From contig NW_027361924.1 in NCBI RefSeq assembly GCF_039654945.1, positions 7,502,001-7,566,000 of the forward strand: 64,000 bases of DNA, in the 5' to 3' direction. How positions within the stretch are numbered: the first letter of the stretch is position 1; each line of letters starts with the position of its first letter. A program made the position numbers and the translations under genes. Positions 59,460-64,000 of this stretch are shown piece by piece. This stretch comes from Dendrobates tinctorius (lineage: Eukaryota). The notes beneath the pieces were generated by a model, which worked only from the letters and a program-made list of their open reading frames with translations, did no database searches and was not told the origin of the DNA.

Positions 59460-61297
59460 TCCAGAGCTGCACTCACTGTTCTGCTGGTGCAATCACTGTG
59501 CACATACATTACATTACTGATCCTGAGTAACATCCTGCATTATACCCCAGAGCTGCCCTCACTATTCTGCTGGTGCAATCACTGTGTACATACATTACAT
59601 TACTGATCCTGAGTAACATCCTGCATTATACCCCAGAGCTGCACTCACTATTCTGCTGGTGCAGTCACTGTGTACACACATTACATTACTGATCCTGAGT
59701 TACCTCCTGTATTATACTCCAGAGCTGCACTCACTATTCTGCTGGTGCAGTCACTGTGTACATACATTACATTACTGATCCTGAGTTACATCCTGTATTA
59801 TACCCCAGAGCTGCACTCACTATTCTGCTGGTGCAGTCACTGTGTACATACATTACATTACTGATCCTGAGTTACCTCCTGTATTATACCCCAGAGCTGC
59901 ACTCACTATTCTGTTGGTGCAGTCACTGTGTACATACATTACATTACTGATCCTGAGTTACCTCCTGTATTATACCCCAGAGCTGCACTCACTATTCTGC
60001 TGGTGCAGTCACTGTGTACATACATTACATTACTGATCCTGAGTTACCTCCTGTATTATACTCCAGAGCTGCACTCACTATTCTGCTGGTGCAGTCACTG
60101 TGTACATACATTACATTACTGATCCTTAGTTACATCCTGTATTATACCCCAGAGCTGCACTCGCTATTCTGCTGGTGCAGTCACTGTGTACATACATTAC
60201 ATTACTGATCCTGAGTTACCTCCTGTATTATACCCCAGAGCTGCACTCACTATTCTGTTGGTGCAGTCACTGTGTACATACATTACATTACTGATCCTTA
60301 GTTACATCCTGTATTATACCCCAGAGCTGCACTCACTATTCTGTTGGTGCAGTCACTGTGTACATACATTACATTACTGATCCTGAGTTACCTCCTGTAT
60401 TATACTCCAGAGCTGCACTCACTATTCTGCTGGTGCAGTCACTGTGTACATACATTACATTACTGATCCTGAGTTACCTCCTGTATTATACTCCAGAGCT
60501 GCACTCACTATTCTGCTGGTGCAGTCACTGTGTACATACATTACATTACTGATCCTTAGTTACATCCTGTATTATACCCCAGAGCTGCACTCGCTATTCT
60601 GCTGGTGCTGTCATTGTGTACATGGATTACATTACTGATCCTGAGTTACATCCTGTATTATACGCCAGAGCTGCACTCACTACTCTGCTGGTGCAGTCAC
60701 TGTGTGTATACATTAGATTACTAATCCTGAGTTACCTCCTGTATTATACCCCAGAGCTGCACTCACTATTCTGCTGGTGCAGTCACTGTGTACATACATT
60801 ACTGATCCTGAGTTACCTCCTGTATTATACTCCAGAGCTGCACTCACTATTCTGCTGGTGCAGTCACTGTGTACATACATTACATTACTGATCCTGAGTT
60901 ACATCCTGTATTTTACTCCAGAGCTGCACTCACTATTCTGCTGGTGCAGTCACTGTGTACATTACATTACTGATCCTGAGTTACATCCTGTATTATACTC
61001 CAGAGCTGCACTCACTATTCTGCTGGTGCAGTCACTGTGTACATACATTACATTACTGATCCTGAGTTACATCCTGTATTTTACTCCAGGGCTGCACTCA
61101 CTATTCTGCTGGTGCAGTCACTGTGTACATACATTACATTACTGATCCTGAGTTACATCCTGTATTATACCCCAGAGCTGCACTCACTATTCTGCTGGTG
61201 CAGTCACTGTGTACATACATTACATTACTGATCCTGAGTTACATCCTGTATTATACTCCAGAGCTGCACTCACTATTCTGCTGGTGGAGTCACTGTG
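59460..61297. repeat. 86-bp satellite, right part, ~21 copies
   Basis: Same unit and orientation as 47045-47751. Confidence 0.97.
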
Positions 61298-61699
61298 TAA
61301 AAAGTGTGAATTTCTGGGTTGCATGCCTTTAAGTTTCTCCTCATAACTCAGGCCAGAACCAAGATAGGGAAATGGAAAAAACACCATTCCAATCAAAACA
61401 GTACAGGCTTTCATCCGATATGTGACAAGAATATCTTTGATAATATTTTACCCATACGGACTCAAACGCCAAATTTTGAAAAGCATTTCCAAAAAACCTA
61501 CCCTTTTTTGGACTATAAGAGGAGGAAAACAGAAAAAAATGAAGGAAAAAATGTGGTCATGACACACTGTTCTGGGGAAGGGGGATCTGCTGCTGACAGT
61601 GTTGTAGGGGTAATGTCCCCAATTCTGTACTAATACTCTCAATCCAGGTATATGAGGCCCCCCAACCATGTGTACATGGCCTCTAATCTAAGTGTCTCG

Positions 61700-63190
61700 A
61701 CCACCAGGCCAGATAAAAACAACATCATCGATAAAATGTTTCCATAGTACCAGGCCCGCGCGCAGCTCGTCAGGTGGGTAAATCATGTCCTCCTCCCATC
61801 TTCCTACATACAAATTGGTGTAACTGGGCGCGAACCTGGCACCCATCGCGGTCGCTGGGTGTTTTTAGCTGATATCAATAAAAATGAATACTTTTTCAAT
61901 TTTGTCTCTACCACTAGTACAAGCAGCATCAATTTTTTAGATCTTAATCGAGGATAATTCTATTCAGACACGTGTTTTTCACAAACCAACAGACTCAAAC
62001 AGCTATATTTCAATAGATAGTTGCCATTTGCCAAATTGGCTGTTAAATGTGCCCAAGAGTCAATATGTAGGAATCCGAAGGAATTGTTCGAAAATGCAGG
62101 ACTATGACTGAAGCCTCCCTGCTCACCCCTCAATTCTTGGAGAAGGGTTACAATAGTTCACTGCTGGAGGAAGCTAGGATAACAGTAAGAAATAAACCTA
62201 TTACTATGGTAAGAAGGATAAATGATGACAATAAGAAAAATACCCTTCCCAGTGATAATATTCCCATTATAACAGAGTATAATTCGAATCACCACATTTT
62301 GACTAAAATAGTGAAAAAACATTGGGATATATTGAAGGAAGGTAAGATTATAGGATCATCAATTCCACCAGGTCCAAAATTTGTGTTTAGGAAGGCCCGT
62401 AATATCGGAAACATTATTGCTCCCACTATACCAAAAAATTGTGTAGAGGAACCTACACTATCTTTTGCAAACAGCCTAAAAGGTTTCTTTCCCTGTTGAA
62501 AATGCTGGGCATGCCAACAAACCAGGAGTCCCAAACAACAATGGGCTACGGGGGGAAAAACATATAAAGCCTCAAATACGTAAAGGCAATCATATAAAAT
62601 TAATGTCACGTGCTGAAAGCAGATGGATGTTTGCACTGGACACTTTAATGCCGAAAGGGTTAAATAGTGAAATAGAACTCTTTGGTTTTTATTGAGCAAG
62701 TTAGGTGAAAAATCAGCTTAAACGGCAGGACTCTATAAATAATCCTCTTATTATGAGGGGGACCATCCCTGAGGAAGAAGACCGTTAGTCTTTGAAACGC
62801 GTCAGAAACAATTCTGGTCCCTGCCGCAACCAGTAACCAGCTGAGCCAGCTGAGTCACGTGCTGACTGACGTCACGGAGGTCCTGGACCGCTTGAGAAAT
62901 AACACATGCCGGGAACACATCGGGAGCACGGCTGAATCTTCATGGCTGCGTTCAAGCTGGAGGTATTTTGACAGGAGGCTGCCTCCGGCCGGGACAGCCC
63001 CTGATTCTTAAGAGAATATCTTTTAGTTCAATCACAGCACATTTTTTACTATATCGCCTACCGAAAGGAGGATTTCCACTGCATCACTGCTACAGGTACT
63101 GTGTTTTTTACTATTAAGCTCACGCTTTGGCGCTCGAGATTTCACTGTATGAACATTGGATCATCATTTTTTTTATATTGTGAATAGCAT
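61700..63190 (+). mobile_element. Degenerate Penelope-like element with an inverted 5' segment
   Basis: The - strand at ~61705-61860 reads TAMGARFAPSYTNLY...WKHFIDDVVFIW. The + strand from ~61860 reads INFLDL..HKPTDSNSYI..SCHL..VPKSQY..IRRNCS..FLEKGY..FRKARNI. A hammerhead motif follows. Confidence 0.8.
62761..62820 (+). ncRNA. Minimal hammerhead ribozyme motif
   Basis: CUGAGGA-A-GAAGAC(CGUUA)GUCUUU-GAAA-CGCG-UC. Palindromic ACGCGU stem III, GUC cleavage triplet and outer GACCA/UGGUC pairing. Confidence 0.7.
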
Positions 63191-63195
63191 CCTCT

Positions 63196-64000
63196 GAATC
63201 ATAGAATCATAGAATCGTAGAGTTGGAAGGGACCTCCTGGGCCATCTGGTCCAACCCCCTGCTCAAAGCAGGATTCGCTAAATCATCCCAGTCAGATGTC
63301 TGTCCAGCCTCTGTTTGAAGACTTCCATTGAAGGAGAACTCACCACTTCTCGTGGCAGCCTGTTCCACTCATTGATTACTCTAACTGTCAAAAAGTTTTT
63401 TCTAATATCTAATCTGTGTCTCCTCCCATTCAGCTTCATCCCATTGCTTCTAGTCTTTCCTTGTGCAAATGAGAATAAAGTTGATCCTTCTACAATGTGA
63501 CAGCCCTTTAGATATTTGTAGACAGCTATTAAGTCTCCTCTCAGTCTTCTCTTTTGCAAACTAAACATTCCCAATCCTGCAACCTTTCCTCATAAGACAG
63601 GGTTTGCAGACTGGTCACCATTCTGGTCGCTCTTTTCTGAACTTGCTCCAGTTTGTTGATGTCTTTTTTAAAATGTGGTGCCCAAAACTGGACACAATAT
63701 TCCAGATGAGGTCTGACCAAAGAGGAGTAGAGGGAAATAATGACTTCACGTGATCTAGACTGTATGCTTCTGTTAATACATCCTAGAATTGCATTTGCCT
63801 TTTTTGCTGCTGCATCACACTGTTGACTCATATTCAGTCTGTGATCTATTAGTATACCCAAGTCTTTTTCACATGTGCTGTCACTTAGCCCTATTCCTCC
63901 CATTCTATATATGCTTTTTTCATTTTTATTGCCCAGATGTAGTACTTTGCATTTCTCCCTGTTAAAAACCATTCTGTTAGTTGCTGCCCACTTCTCCAGT
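63196..64000 (-). mobile_element. CR1 LINE 3' end (copy C), continuing beyond the window
   Basis: Near-identical to 44291-45100, with the same tail and ORF2 C-terminus. Confidence 0.95.

Noticed and set aside
47045-61297. 86-bp repeats as CRISPR or as coding 64-aa peptides
   Set aside because: The units are contiguous with no spacers, and the peptides merely repeat with the unit.
61298-61700. Short ORFs between the satellite and the second Penelope element
   Set aside because: No recognisable motif; probably decayed TE sequence.

Overview
Vertebrate genomic DNA, most likely an anuran amphibian (inferred from the T2/Kolobok, Harbinger and hAT MITEs, CR1, Tx1 and Penelope content). The left third holds the conserved tail-to-tail pair STUB1/CHIP (+, 7 coding exons, 1551-11739, 312 aa) and JMJD8 (-, 9 coding exons, 12859-20359, 269 aa). 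Their larger introns are each inflated by a different minisatellite. STUB1 intron 4 also holds a probable solo LTR, and the JMJD8 intron between coding exons 1 and 2 holds a fold-back hAT element. The middle holds two divergent, intronless-CDS TRIM/B30.2 pseudogenes around a CpG-rich promoter, plus one intact olfactory receptor. The right third is a nest of mobile elements: three CR1 copies, two Penelope-like elements carrying hammerhead-ribozyme motifs, and an apparently full-length Tx1-clade LINE. That LINE sits almost in register inside an 86-bp satellite and carries two Tc1 elements (an intact DD36E and a frameshifted DD34E) in its 3' UTR. Most long ORFs in the supplied track are artefacts of tandem repeats. 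All calls are by eye; no alignment or database search was run.
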